Shown in pieces: positions 1 through 12,778 of a stretch of 64,000 bases of DNA (position 1 is the stretch's first letter; each line of letters opens with the position of its first letter). A model generated the notes under the pieces. That model did no database searches and was not told the DNA's origin. It worked only from the letters and a program-made list of their open reading frames with translations. This DNA is from Octopus vulgaris. Lineage: Eukaryota. A program made the position numbers and the translations under genes. The DNA is taken from assembly GCA_951406725.2 (NCBI GenBank), contig OX597831.1, positions 72,292,001 through 72,356,000 on the forward strand. Reading direction: 5' to 3'.

Positions 1-369
1 CAACCTGGGAATCCATCTGGCAGACACCTTTTGCATCTGCAAATGGCCATGAATGATAGTTTCCTCAGACCCGGTACTAATCTTGACCTCATGGGCTATT
101 AGGCGAATAGTTATGCGTCGATCTTCCAAAATGGCAGCCTCAACTTGACAGACAGATGCCTCATCAATAGCAGAAGGGGGGCGACCAGATTTGGGAGCTG
201 TTTCCACAGAGTTCTGACCATGTTTGAATTCACGATGCCAGCGTTTTACAAGGTCATAGGATGGGGCATCATCACCATAAGTTACTTTCATTTCATCAAA
301 AGTCTCCCGTGGTGTGCGTCCTTTCAAATACAAAAACCGGATCACTACTCGCCACTCAACAGGCTCCAT
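1..369 (-). CDS. mariner transposase N-terminal half (HTH domains to WVPREL-like motif), partial
   Basis: Manual translation, 123 codons without a stop: MEPVEWRVVIRFLYLKGRTPRETFDEMKVTYGDDAPSYDLVKRWHREFKHGQNSVETAPKSGRP...EDRRITIR...KVSARWIPRL. Not in the ORF track because it is open-ended. Confidence 0.85.
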   Translation of the reverse strand, partial: MEPVEWRVVIRFLYLKGRTPRETFDEMKVTYGDDAPSYDLVKRWHREFKHGQNSVETAPKSGRPPSAIDEASVCQVEAAILEDRRITIRLIAHEVKISTGSEETIIHGHLQMQKVSARWIPRL

Positions 370-537
370 TTCACACTTGACTCAGTTCAAACACCTGTAA
401 ATCAGAAACCACAATTAGTTCAGAGCTGTAATTTGCCACTTAATCTATAGAGATATAAATAATTACACATGGAAAAATTCCAGCTAGATCAAACAACTGA
501 AAGTGGGTCAGGGGCATTACTTATTGAACGTCCTTCG
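1..537 (-). mobile_element. mariner DNA transposon, 5' part (runs off the window edge)
   Basis: Minus strand begins TA|CGAAGGACGTTCAATAAGTAA (mariner-type TIR, TA at 538-539), followed by a transposase frame starting at 369. Confidence 0.9.
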
Positions 538-549
538 TACATAATGTAT

Positions 550-767
550 ATGCGTTTGTGTGTGTCTATGTTAGTGTTTGTCCGCCACCACCGCTTGACA
601 ACCGGTGTAGGTGTGTTTGCGTACCCGTAACGTAGCAGTTTGGCATAAGTGACTGTTAGAATAAGTACCAGGCTTTCAAAAATAAGTCCTAGTGTAGATT
701 TGTTCGACTAAAATCCTTCAAAGCGGTGTCCCTGCATGGCCGCAATCGAATAACTAAAACAAGTAAA
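550..767 (+). mobile_element. SINE family A, 3' half (diverged)
   Basis: Similar to the 3' half of the full copy at 19276-19686 (gcttgacaacc...agaataagtac...gcatggccgca...aaacaagtaaa). Confidence 0.75.
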
Positions 768-1006
768 CAGAGATACCCGGTGTTGCTCCAGATTAAAATT
801 GCATCATTTTTTAATTGTTTTACTTATTTCAGTCATGTAACTGCGGCCATGCTGGAGCACCGCCGTTGGTCGAACAAATCGACCCAAGGATTTATTCTTT
901 GTAAGCCTAGTGCTTATTCCATTAGTGTATTTTGCGGAACCGCTAAGTTATGGGAACGTAAACACAGCAACATCGGTTGTCAGGCAATGGTGGGGGTACA
1001 AAACAA

Positions 1007-1008
<2 letters not shown>
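768..1008 (-). mobile_element. Helitron 3' stub joined to SINE A body
   Basis: agagatacccggtgttgctcc resembles the Helitron 3' hairpin at 8860; SINE A sequence follows; same junction seen at 5383-5710. Confidence 0.55.
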
Positions 1009-1091
<83 letters not shown>

Positions 1092-1094
1092 CAC

Positions 1095-3640
1095 AAGGGA
1101 TATTGCACTGTTTCCCTAGCCTTGAATAATCAGAAATACTACCATGTGAAACTACGTGCTCAGAAACTTGTGCACTGACCTAATTCTGGGTACGGACTTC
1201 CAAGAACAGCATGAAAGTATATACGGAGGACAGAGACCACCATTAACATTTACTGCGCTAACTGCTATGAAAACTGATCCTCCAAAACTATTCGCTCATC
1301 TCAGAGAGGGCTGTAAACCTATTGCAGCCAAATCGCGAAAATACTCAGAACGTGATCGAGAGTTCATCAGGACAGAAGTACGCCGCTTAGCAGATGCGAA
1401 CATTATTGAACCTAGTAACTCCCCATGGAGATCGCAAGTGTTAGTTGTTCAAAAAAAGAAAAAGGTGAAGAATGGTGATTGACTACCCAGAGACGATTAT
1501 CAAATATACACAGCTTGGTGCCTACCCCTTTCCTAAAATTGATGAGTTAGTGAACACTATTGCCAAGTATAAAGTCTACAGTACAATAGACTTACGTTCG
1601 GCATGCCATCAGATTCCTCTATCAGAGAAAGACCGTCAATTTACTGCCTTTGAAGCTGACGGTAAGTTATGGCATTATACTAGGATTCCATTCGGAGTAA
1701 ATAACGGCAGCGCATGATTCCAACGTATAATGGACGACTTCGAGAGTAAATACAAGCTGCGAGATACGTTCCCATTCATAGACAATTTAATCATATGTGG
1801 GAAAGATCAAAATGACCACGATAAAAATTTAGAAAAATTTGAAATGGCAGCAAAAAGTGAAGGGCTTACCATGAATGAAGACAAATGCGTTTACTCAACA
1901 ACAACCCTTGACTTTCTTGGATACCGTATCACGCACAACAACCTCAGCCCTGACTCAGTAAGGCTTGTTACACTCTTCAATCTTCCTATACCAACTGACC
2001 AGAAATCATTAAAACGTATAGTCGGTATGTTTTCTTATTATGCTAAGTGGATCTCCATATTTTCTGACAAAATATATCCTATTAAAATTTCCTTTAAACA
2101 GCCAACAAGTAAAAGCGTTTGAGTCATTAAAAGTAGAACTAGCCAATGCTGCCATTCAAGTAATAGATGAGGGCATTCCATTTACTATTGAGATGGATGC
2201 TTCGGATTTTGCCATATCTGCGACACTAAATCAAGACAGAAGACCAGTCGCATTCCATTCTCGCACGCTGCAAGGTAGCGTGCAAGCAATTATCGAATCA
2301 ATTCATCATTGGAGACACTTTCTTCTAGGTAGACATTTTACATTAATTACTGATCAACGCTCTGTCGCATTCATGTGTAATTATAAAGCGACGAGTAAAG
2401 TTAAAAATGATAACATTATGAGATGGCGCATTGCGTTATCTCCATACTCATATGATATTCGCTATCGTCCAGGACTCAGTAACATCACTCCGGATGCATT
2501 CACAAGGTTATGCTGTTCAGAAATTAGTTCACATTCACTTTATGAGTTACATGCAGCACTGTGCCATCCTGGTGGAGTACGCCATCATCATTTCGTCTGA
2601 GGTAGAAATCTTCCATATTCGTTAGAGAACGTGAAACAAATATGTAGGCATTGCTCTATATGTCAAGAAGTGAAACCACAATATTATAAACCAGACTCAG
2701 TTAACTTAATTAAGGCCATGCAGCCCTTCGAGCGAACTTCCATCGATTTCAAAGGTCCGATTCCTTTCACGAAGCATCCTTATCTTCTAACAATAGATGA
2801 CGAATACTCTCGGTTTCCGTTTGGTTATCCGGTATCTGACACATCAGCTCGGACTGTAATAAAGTGTCTTACTGACTTGTTCTGAGTTTTCGGTATGCCC
2901 AGTTATGTACATTCAGATCGTGGAACTACCTTTATGTCTTCAAGATTGAGAGAATGGCTCCTCAGTAAGGACATTGCAACGAGTAGGACGACACCATACA
3001 GTCCCACTGAGAACAGTCAAGTAAATATATAATGGTATTATTTGGAAGTCAGTACTACTCCCTTTGAAAACCCGCGCCCTTCCAGTATCTTCATAGGAAA
3101 CAGTTCTTTCAGACGCGTTGCATTCAATCAGATCTCTACTTTGTACGTCCACTAACGCCACTCCCCATGAAAGTCTTTTTAACTATCAAAGACGTTCAGC
3201 AACAGGAACCTCTATGCCAACATGGCTTCTTAACCCAGGACCTGCGCTTGTTCAAAGGAACAATCGCACTAACAAGTATGACCCTATCGTGGACCAAGTT
3301 GATTTAATCGAAGCCAACCCCCAATACGCTCACGTCCGTTACCCTGACGGTCGCGAAACCACAGTATCCACAAAACAATTGGCATCACCAGGGAAGATTA
3401 ACCCAACTGATAACCTAACCTAAACCTTTGTCTCTCAAGAGCCACACAGAGAGCCAACTGAAATTTCTCCTCAGCAGCGTCGATCATAAAGGATTCGGAA
3501 TGCCCCGGGAAGGCCTGATCTATGATTCTTTTTCCTTCTTTTTCTAGGAGGGAGTGAATGTTATGCAAATAACGTTGATATAAAGAGCATGCGCATTTGA
3601 CAGGAAGAGGAAGAGAGAACGGCCATTCGGAATAACGTAC
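1095..3640 (+). mobile_element. Ty3/Gypsy LTR retrotransposon pol remnant (protease end, RT, RNase H, integrase), PPT and truncated 3' LTR
   Basis: Frameshifted ORFs: ILGTDF, IEPSNSPWRS, IDLRSACHQIPL, TAFEADGKLWHYTRIPFG, FIDNLIICG, EMDASDFAISA, HFTLITDQRS, HAALCHPG...C-x2-C, IDFKGP, DEYSRFPF. PPT AGGAGGGAGTGAA at 3546-3558, LTR starting TG at 3559. Confidence 0.93.
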
Positions 3641-4635
3641 AGGATTATGACTAAAAATTAGTTTCTTTGAACCAGGATTTAATGGTTATACATGACAATC
3701 CCCTACAAACCTATGCAACATCAGACGCTCAGTCTCCTGTCCTTTAGATAACCACTGCCTCACAAAAAACATCGTTTACAAGTGTACAGTATCAGCTGCC
3801 AACTGTAACTACATATGTATCGGCACATGCAGCACCTCCTTTAAAATGATAGTGAGTAACTACTACTCCAGTTTCAAGTTCCAAACAAAATCCAACAACA
3901 CATCGTTATTTCAGTTTATCAATAATCTAAAGATTGATTCAACTCGTTCCATCCTCAAGTAGTCCATAGTCACCCACGTCAAACCATACAGCAACTATAA
4001 CAAGGGTGATCTCTGCATAGCCGAGCTCTTAGCTATTTTGTAATCCACGAACTGTCTTAATGAACGCAGCAGTATAATTTTTACCTGCGAACATCGATCA
4101 CTAAATCTATTCTCAAAATACAAATAACAACAACCCCACCTCGCTTTTTTACTCCTAACCTTCATAAATTTTCTCTCACTATCACTATATATTAAATCAA
4201 CAGTATATCTTCCCATTAACTCCTTATTGTCATTTACATACTTCTCTCTGTATTTTTCCTTACTATTTAAACAAAAAGAAATTCTCTTATTTCACCTGTC
4301 TCCCTCCCCTGAACTTACAAGTACATACGCCAGTATACATCTCTAATACTTCATACTGTAAACACGCTCACCGCACACAACATAAAATCCTCAACTGCAA
4401 GTCACTCGTAGCCGCCACAATTCTTCCCCATTCTCTCTTGCTTTCTACATGCATACTTTTTTCTTCACCTTGACCATAAATATTTTCTCACCCTCTTCCC
4501 TCCACATTATCGTTTTTCAAATACCACTCCCCTTGCTAATTTCTGTGATTCGGCCAAAACAACCTTATTGAATACTACCATTCAATTGCCCTTTCTTAAA
4601 TTCCTCATTTCTCTCACTTCCTTATGTTCTTTTCA

Positions 4636-5051
4636 GGCGGCGAGCTGGCAGAAACGTTAGCACGCCGGGCGAAATGCGTAGCCGTATTTCGTCTGTCGAT
4701 ACATTCTGAGTTCAAATTCCGCCGAGGTCAACTTTGCCTTTCATCCTTTCGGGGTCGATAAATTAAGTACCAGTTACGCACTGGAGTCGATATAATCGAC
4801 TCAATCCGTTTGTCTGTCCTTGTTTGTCCCCTCTGTGTATAGCCCCTTGTGGGTAGTAAAGAAATAGGTATTTCGTTTGTCGTTACGTTCTGAGTTCAAA
4901 TTCCGCCAAGGTCGACTTTGCCTTTCATCCTTTCGGGGTTGATAAATTAAGTACCAGCTTCGCACTGGGGTCGATGTAATCGACTTAATCCGTTTGTCTG
5001 TCCTAATTTGTCCCCTCTGTGTTAAGCCCCTTACGGGCAATAAAGAAATAT
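4636..5051 (+). mobile_element. SINE family B, tandem (full plus partial) copy
   Basis: tRNA-like head GGCGGCGAGCTGGCAGAAACGTTAGC...GAGTTCAAATTCC, core GCCTTTCATCCTTTCGGGGTCGATAAATTAAGTACCAG (resembles a Meta/Sauria-type SINE core, from recall), tail AAAGAAATA; body repeated from ~4866. Confidence 0.88.
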
Positions 5052-5216
5052 TTCTTTCTTCTTTAAATCATTAATTCTCTCTGCATTTATATTCTCCACT
5101 CCTACTGGGCTCTCTATAGATAATTGATTGAATCTTCCATGTTTATTGATTGAATCTTCCATGTGCTAACACGTACTTCCTTGCGACAGAGTAAACTTTC
5201 ATCTAATCAAGATATT

Positions 5217-5307
5217 CTTGGCCTGAAGAATAGCTTGCGGTATACACCACGCTTGGCTATTTACCACTTCCGAGGTTCCACTCACTATGAAACATATGTA
5301 ACCCGGA
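5217..5307 (+). ncRNA. hammerhead ribozyme-like motif (type I, long helix II)
   Basis: CTGAAGA-ATAG...CTAT-GAAA-CATATG-TA; helix I is weak. Confidence 0.6.
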
Positions 5308-5334
5308 TCTTATCTATAACATTCCTTATCTCTC

Positions 5335-5382
<48 letters not shown>

Positions 5383-5385
<3 letters not shown>

Positions 5386-5707
5386 AGTAGAGATACCCAG
5401 CGTTGTTCGGGATTAAAATTGGAAAGATTTTTTGTTTTAATTGTTTCAGTCATGTGACTACAGCTATGCTGGAGTATCGCCTTTAGTCGAACAAATCGAG
5501 CAAGGATTTATTCTTTATAAGCCTAGTACTTATTCTATTAGTGGCTTTTGTCGAACCGCTAAGTCACAGGGACGCAAACACACCAACATCGGTTGTCAAG
5601 CGATGGTGGAGGTACGAACCCATAAACAAATGTATACATATATACGACAGACGTCTTCTTGTTTCCGTGTACAAAATCTACTCACAAGGCTTTAGTCGGC
5701 CTGAGGC

Positions 5708-5710
<3 letters not shown>
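5383..5710 (-). mobile_element. Helitron 3' end (hairpin + CTAG) joined to SINE A body
   Basis: ACTAGTAGAGATACCCAGCGTTGTTCGGG followed by SINE A sequence in the same orientation. Confidence 0.6.
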
Positions 5711-5752
<42 letters not shown>

Positions 5753-5779
5753 AATATATATAGACATATATATATATAT

Positions 5780-5827
<48 letters not shown>

Positions 5828-5894
5828 TAATACAATTGTTTGTTTGTATTCCACCTGCCTTCGTCTTTTGTCTATTTTCATAAAGCTTCCCGTT

Positions 5895-5937
<43 letters not shown>

Positions 5938-5941
<4 letters not shown>

Positions 5942-6144
5942 ATCCAAACAAGAAAACACAAAAAAAAAAAAAACACAACAACGCGAGGACGTGGAACAAA
6001 TAAAGTATTATTGGACGCTCAGGAAAGAATGGAAGAAGGAGGGTTCAACGTTTCGAGCGGAGCTCTTCGTCGGAAACACAGGAGAAGGAAAGATGCCGAG
6101 AAGGGAAGACAGAGGAAAAAAATCGCCAGCGGTACTCACGAGGT

Positions 6145-6147
<3 letters not shown>
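5938..6147 (-). mobile_element. short PLE pLTR-like unit in (TA)n with variant hammerhead (6043-6077)
   Basis: Minus strand GTTT-CCGACGA-A-GAGC-tcc-GCTC-GAAA-CG-TT-GAAC; flanked by TA microsatellites. Confidence 0.55.
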
Positions 6148-6178
<31 letters not shown>

Positions 6179-6187
6179 TATATAGAC

Positions 6188-6311
<124 letters not shown>

Positions 6312-6430
6312 GTATACATATATACATATCTATATATCTATATATACGCACATATATATTCACATATATATATCTACATATACATACATAAATGTATTTA
6401 TATGCATATATATATATATATATATATATA

Positions 6431-7811
6431 GTTAATCTTTATTCTAACATCCCTCACAACCTAGGAATAGAAGCGATCACCTTCTGGCTGAATAACTACC
6501 CCTTTGAACTCCCAACTCGCATAAACAAAGACCTTATAATAGAAGGACTTAGATTTATTCTCGAAAACAATTACTTTATTTTTGACAATAATTTCTACAG
6601 ACAAAGATCGGGAACAGCGATGGGCACGCGTACTGCACCATCTTTTGCCAACCTAGTGATGGGATACCTCGAGAAAATACTCTACCGGATAACACTCGAG
6701 AAATTTGGAAACACCTTCTCCACCTATATCCAGAACAACTGGAAAAGATACCTCGATGACTGTTTCATCATCTGGGACAAAAGTATAGAGAAACCTGAGG
6801 AATTTAAAATACTATTAAATGGAATAAATGATAATATACAATTCACGATGGATCATAACGAAGAAGAATTACCATTTTTAGACATCCTCATTAAGAAAAC
6901 CGGCAACAAAATAGAGACAGATATCTACTATAAACCGACAGACTCTAAACAATACCTACCCTTTGATTCATGCCACCCACGACACACTAGAATAAATGTC
7001 CCTTTTTGTTTAGCTAGAAGGATCTGCACCATAATATCAGACACAAACACCCGACACACACGTCTCCAGGAACTTAGAACCACACTCACAAATAGAAACT
7101 ATCCACAGCCCCTAATAGACAGTGCAATCCAAAGGGCACTCAAATTAAGTATAGAAGACCTGAGACAAACAAAACCAAAAAAGAAAGAACAATTAAAAAC
7201 CCTTCCCTACATCTCTACACACAACCCACTCAACAATGAGGCCTTCAGCACCATACTACAAAGCACAGCCCTACTAAAGGGAGACCCAAAGATGAACCGG
7301 ATCCTCGAAACACACACCATCATTAAAAGTAAACGGCAACCAAAATCCTTGAAAAGGATTTTAACCCAAGCTAAACTGCACTCAACATCAACCACAAAAC
7401 CAGCAGTTAGAAAATGTGGAAGGCCCAACTGCGGAATCTGTGTCATCTTGATTTATACTAGAATTTATACTAGAACAAGGCCATCAGTTCACCATTAGAG
7501 CAAACTTCACCTGCGCATCAGAAAACTTAATTTACATCATAACATGCGCAGGCTACAATAGGCAGTATATAGGCCATACAAAAAATAGCTTACGTAACAG
7601 GATGGCGGTGCATAAATCACAAATTAGAAACCCTGAATACCGGAAAATACCGGTCAGCGGACACATAGATAGATGTGCTGGAAATGTAAATCCGAAATTT
7701 ACAACTTACCCGCTTTATAAATTCAGTGACAGCGTAACCTTCACACAACGCCAAAATAAAGAACTGTATTTCATCAAAAAATTTAGACCAAGTTTGAACA
7801 CCCTGGGCTAG
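6431..7811 (+). pseudogene. PLE reverse transcriptase / GIY-YIG endonuclease, one frameshift near 7450
   Basis: ORFs 6392..7498 (N-terminus is microsatellite) and 7602..7811 lie in different frames; 12-bp tandem ATTTATACTAGA at 7451-7474. Confidence 0.88.
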
Positions 7812-7969
7812 GAATATTAAAGCAAAAGATTGGTCCTCCGAAAAGGAGAAGCGAAATTCCACCACGGCCGCTGCCTTAAACAGTCACTCACACTGACAGA
7901 AATATGTCTTAGGGAAAGGGAAAAAAAATCATAAAAAGATCTCTACGAGCAGATCTAATCCTGATTCGT

Positions 7970-8345
7970 CAAGAAACTGATGACGTATTACCTCAGTGGG
8001 CAATCTATTGTCACCCTGCTTGGTCGGTTTCCACATACGATACAGCTAAGGGTCAGACCCGATTCTGATTGGTCTAAACATTGATGACGTCTCGTTCTGC
8101 TGGACTAGCCACCTAACGGGATGATTGGTCAAAACAGTGATGACGTCACGTTCCGCTGGACTAGCCACCTAACAGGATACAGACATGGGTCAGAGCTAAT
8201 ACAGCTATAGGTCAGACCCGATTCTGATTGGTCGAAACATTGATGACGTCCCGTTCTGCTGGACTAGCCACCTAACGAGACGATTGGTCAAAACTTTGAT
8301 GACGTCCCGTTACGCTGGACTAGCCACCTAACAGGTGATATAAAA
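7970..8345 (+). promoter_or_regulatory. putative pLTR promoter: repeated ATTGG (reverse CCAAT) + TGACGTC (CRE-like) modules, then TATAAAA
   Basis: Two ~160-bp units, each with two GATTGGTC...GATGACGTC modules; TATAAAA at ~8339-8345, upstream of the hammerhead. Function is inferred. Confidence 0.5.
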
Positions 8346-8624
8346 CCCAAACATTTCACAAGATTCACCAGAACTATTCGAACAGACACCAACCAACAGT
8401 CATCACAGTTGCTCCCATTGGAACACAAGGTAAAACCTAAAATGAATTCCTCGCTTTTTCAAGAACATGAATATTTTATATATTGAATACATATCACCAC
8501 TATGAACTACTACTTCATACTCTTTAAACATATAGCATGGACTCGCTCCACTATATATGAATTTTTTATTATATATGAATTTTTTATATTTGATAGCATG
8601 AACTATCTTTTTTATATATAAATT

Positions 8625-8669
8625 TTTTTTGATAAGGTTCGTCATTTCAAGAACCGAAACATGTTAAAT
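8625..8669 (+). ncRNA. degenerate hammerhead-like motif in pLTR
   Basis: TTGATAA-GGTTC...GAACC-GAAA-CATG-TT; related copy at ~18408-18443. Confidence 0.5.
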
Positions 8670-8776
8670 AAATAATGTATATATAAAAATCAAAAATTTG
8701 TCTAATATAGCAGCATTTTCAAACTTCATTTTTTACAAATATATACCCACTCGTATACGAGCTAATCTTATTATAA

Positions 8777-8857
<81 letters not shown>

Positions 8858-8859
8858 GA

Positions 8860-10971
8860 CTAGCAGAAATACCCGGCGTTGCACGGGTTAAAGAAAAAAT
8901 TAAAATTTAAAAACGCCGTCTAGATTACGCAGGTCTCAACTGCTAGTAGCTAAGATACCAACTTTGTATGTAACTCTGCAACACATGCCAACATGGAACA
9001 TAGACGTTAAGTGAAATGCGAAAAGAAAGTTTTCAACTGATATATGTATATAAAGTAAATACACGTTTGTCTAACTTATTTCGTAACCAAAAAAAAATAG
9101 GTACAGATTATAAGCAATGAAAGGCCGTGCGTAGAGTACACAAGCACACTCACACACACACACAAACAGACAGCGAATATATCACGTTATTGTTTCACTT
9201 TTATACACACAGATATACATCCATGCATGTCAGTCGAAAAGTGAAAGTGTAATAGTGATACTTTAACACTCAATGGTTTTACACTTCTGTATATGACATG
9301 GACCTATGCATCTTCATACACTGTGTTTTCTGTCTTGCCATGTTTATCGCTGAGAATGTAGAGGTTCTTTTCACCTCCAACTCTAGGACATCCAGCATAC
9401 AACTGACCATGTGAAGACACAAGGTTGAAGGAGGCTAAGTCCCATCACCTTTAGAGATTGACCTTGAGCTTTGTTGATAGACATTGCAAAGCTAAGTTTG
9501 ACAGGAAACTGCAGTCTCTTAAATTGAAATGGGAGATCATTTGAGATGAGAGGTATCCTTGGAATGAAGACATTGTAACCCTTCATGTTGTCATAATGAA
9601 GAAGAGGTTTCTCAGCTGCATAGGAGACTTGCACATTTGTGCCTCTGCCAGAGTAGTATCCCAGCGTGCATCATCTTCTAGAAGACCTCTGAGATGGCAA
9701 GCCTGGCGATATGTTTGACATACTGTGTTATAAGGCTGTAAATGATGTGGGTCCCTTAACATGGTGTAATAGAAGCCTTAGATAGTACAGGATTATGACT
9801 AAAAATTAGTTTCTTTGAACCAGAATTTACTGGTTATACATGACAATCCCCTACAAACCTATGCAACATCAGACGCTCAGTCTCCTGTCCTTTAGATAAC
9901 CACTGCCTCACAAAAAACATCGTTTACAAGTGTACAGTATCAGCTGCCAACTGTAACTACATATGTATCGGCACATGCAGCACCTCCTTTAAAATGATAG
10001 TGAGTAACTACTACTCCAGTTTCAAGTTCCAAACAAAATCCTCGAATTGAAGTGGGCTCCGGTGAATTATCAGAAATTCCCCACCCCCTTCTAAAACACT
10101 TACCCCGCAAAATTTTGTATATTCGAAATCTACATGATATAACACATATTCGTAGAAAAGTTTAGTAAAAAATATGCATTTTTCTGAAAGTTATGATCAT
10201 CCAAATTGGATATGGGTGGGGACAGTTATGACAAATTTGACACTTTCCTTCCAGGCTTGGTTATATATGTATACAGAAATAAACGAGTGTCGAAGATAGT
10301 AAACAATGAAAATGACTTGGTAACGGAAATTATATTTCTTAATACGACGGGCAGAAAGTAAATAAGAAATTTTTAACAGGAAATATTGTACGGGTTGGAA
10401 AGAAATTTGTCACTCAGTGAACCAAAGAGGAACCATCGAAGGAACCAGAAAGAAGCTGACAACAGAAAAACACAAAAACATACGGATTGAAATGAAATTT
10501 AGGAAGACAGCTCTGTCAGTAAATTATGAAGTTACTTACATCAGTAATTGTGAACTTCTTTCTGTCAGTACTTCGTTGTTGTTTGTTTGTAGTAACGATT
10601 GAAAACTTAGTGAAAACAATAACACGGAAGTTAAGCAATTGAAGGTGAAAAGAATAGTGTCTGAAAATTGAAAGTGAAAACAAGAGCTATATATGTTACA
10701 GAGAGATAGAGAGATATACATAAAGTTATGTTACGTCACTGGCGCTAGAAAACCGGAAGTCAATATTTTAAAAACTTTCAAAGACGTGAATGTAATATAA
10801 AAAGCAATATTTATTATTTCTAATAATTTTTAATAAAAAAAAATCAAATGAACAGCCTTTTATTTGTCCGAGGTCAAATTATTCATGCATCACAAGTATG
10901 GAAGCAATTGGTGAAGCCGTTTTCGTGTGATAAGTGAAGACGCACTCATCTCTATTTTATATATTATTAGA
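8860..10971 (-). mobile_element. internally deleted Helitron with RepHel fragments
   Basis: Minus strand: 5' A|TCTAATAATATATAAAA at 10971; 3' CCCGTGCAACGCCGGG hairpin then CTAG|T at 8860. Fragments YLRLLLHHVKGPTSF...TYRQACHLRGLLEDD and FIPRIPL...FKRLQFPVKLSFAMSINKAQGQSL (PIF1-type helicase). Confidence 0.9.
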
Positions 10972-10984
10972 TATCTTTCTCTCT

Positions 10985-11362
10985 CTTTCTCTTTTACTTG
11001 TTTCAGTCATTTGACTGCGGCCATGCTGGAGCACCGCCTTTAATCGAGCAACTCGACCCCGGGACTTATTCTTTTGTAAGCCCAGTACTTATTCTATCGG
11101 TCCCTTTTGCCGAACCGCTAAGTAACGGGAACATAAACACACCAGCATCGGTTGTCAAGCAATGCTAGGGGGACAAACACAGACACACAAACACACACAC
11201 ACACACACACATATACATATATATATATATATACATATATACGACAGGCTTCTTTCAGTTTCCGTCTACCAAATCCACTCACAAGGCTTTGGTCGGCCCG
11301 AAGGTGCGACGCAGTGGGACTGAACCCGGAACCATGTGGTTGGTAAACAAGCTACTTACCAC
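10985..11362 (-). mobile_element. SINE family A
   Basis: Reverse complement of the 19276-19686 type, with internal CA/TA microsatellite. Confidence 0.88.
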
Positions 11363-11424
11363 ATATGTATGTATGTATTTATGTATGTATAGTTATATCT
11401 TTATATTGATATTAGATATATGAC

Positions 11425-11649
11425 TTTTATCTTTTATTTGTTACAATCATTAAACTGCGGCCATGCTGGGACTGCCTTCAGTATTTTAGTTGAACGAATC
11501 GATACTAGTGCTATTTAAAAAGCCTATGTAGACTTAATCTGTCGGTAGGTTTTTTTTTACGGAATTGCTAGGTTACGGGGACGTAAACACGCCAACTCCG
11601 ATTGGCAAGCAGTGGTGGAGAACAAGCACAGACACATATCTGCGCGCGC

Positions 11650-11703
<54 letters not shown>

Positions 11704-12470
11704 AGCTCACAAGGTTTTGGTCGGCTTGGGACTCTAGTAGAAGACAAGCGCCCAAATTGCCGTGCAACTACCTACACAGGCACGCCTGCATGGCAAAAAC
11801 GTTAGTACGCCGGGCGAAATGCGTTGCCGTATTTCGTCTGCCGCTACGTTCTGAGTTCAAATTCCGCCGATGTCGACTTTGCCTTTCATCCTTTCGGGGT
11901 CGATTAAATAAAGTACCAGTTACACACTGGGGTCGATACAATCGACTTAATCCGTTTGTCTGTCCTTGTTTGTCCCCTCTGTGTTTAGCCCCTTGTGGGT
12001 AGTAAAGAAATAGGTATTTCGTTTGTCGTCACGTTCTGAGTTCAAATTTCACCGAGGTCGACTTTGCCTTTCATCCTTTCGGGGTCGATAAATTAAGTAC
12101 CAGTTGCATACTGGAGTCGATCTAATCGACTAGTCCCTCCCCCCCCAAAAAAAAAAAATTTCGGGCCTTGAGTAGACAAGAATATATACATGCATGCATG
12201 CATGCATGCATACATACATACATACATACATACATACATACATACATACATACATACATACGTACGTACGTACGTACGTACGTGTGTGTGTGTATGCATA
12301 TATATATTTTATCTTTTACTTGTTTCGGTCATTTGACTGTATGACATGCTGGGGTACAACCTTGAAAGGTTTTAGTTGAACAAACCGACACCCCAGGACT
12401 TATTTTTTAAGCCGAACCGCTAAGTCACGGGCTTGTTAAACACACCAGCACCAGTTGCCAAGCAGTGGTG
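11425..12470. mobile_element. cluster of SINE A (minus) and tandem SINE B (plus, ~11785-12180) copies
   Basis: Family-diagnostic motifs as above, separated by CA and TACA microsatellites. Confidence 0.75.
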
Positions 12471-12522
12471 TGTGTATATACACACACGAGTGAGTGAGTG
12501 AATGAGAGAGAAAGAGCGAGAA

Positions 12523-12570
<48 letters not shown>

Positions 12571-12778
12571 ACATCAAAATGTTACTTTTGTAGGCCATTA
12601 AAAGTTATAAACAGATAAAAAATTATGACTTTAAACAATAGTTTTGCTTCCATCCCACAATTGGTCGATATATCAATGTAGCTGCAAGAATCAATACTCG
12701 ACATTATAAATAGTACGTACGATATTAGACTTGAGCAATGTTACAAATTATTATTTCTTGATGTCTAAAAGTCTAATA

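Larger units (their letters stand above)
3641..5335 (+). mobile_element. Penelope-like element remnant: degenerate GIY-YIG, pyrimidine-rich 3' region, hammerhead at the end
   Basis: DNHCLTKNIVYKCTVSAANCNYICIGTCSTSFK...KSNNTSL...KPYSNYNKGDLC...; HHR motif at 5223-5300. Confidence 0.7.
6431..8770 (+). mobile_element. Penelope-like element, 5' truncated: RT + Zn finger + GIY-YIG + pLTR
   Basis: LYSNIPH, QRSGTAMGTRTAPSFANL, RYLDDCF, LPFLDI, YYKPT, SCHP, CGRPNCGIC; after a frameshift FTCASENLIYIITC...YIGHT...LRNRMAVHKSQI...KELYFIKKFRPSLN. Confidence 0.95.

Noticed and set aside
9383-9634. Host PIF1 helicase exon (also 42098-42397)
   Set aside because: Embedded in elements with Helitron termini, disabled, and adjacent to a Helitron Rep fragment.
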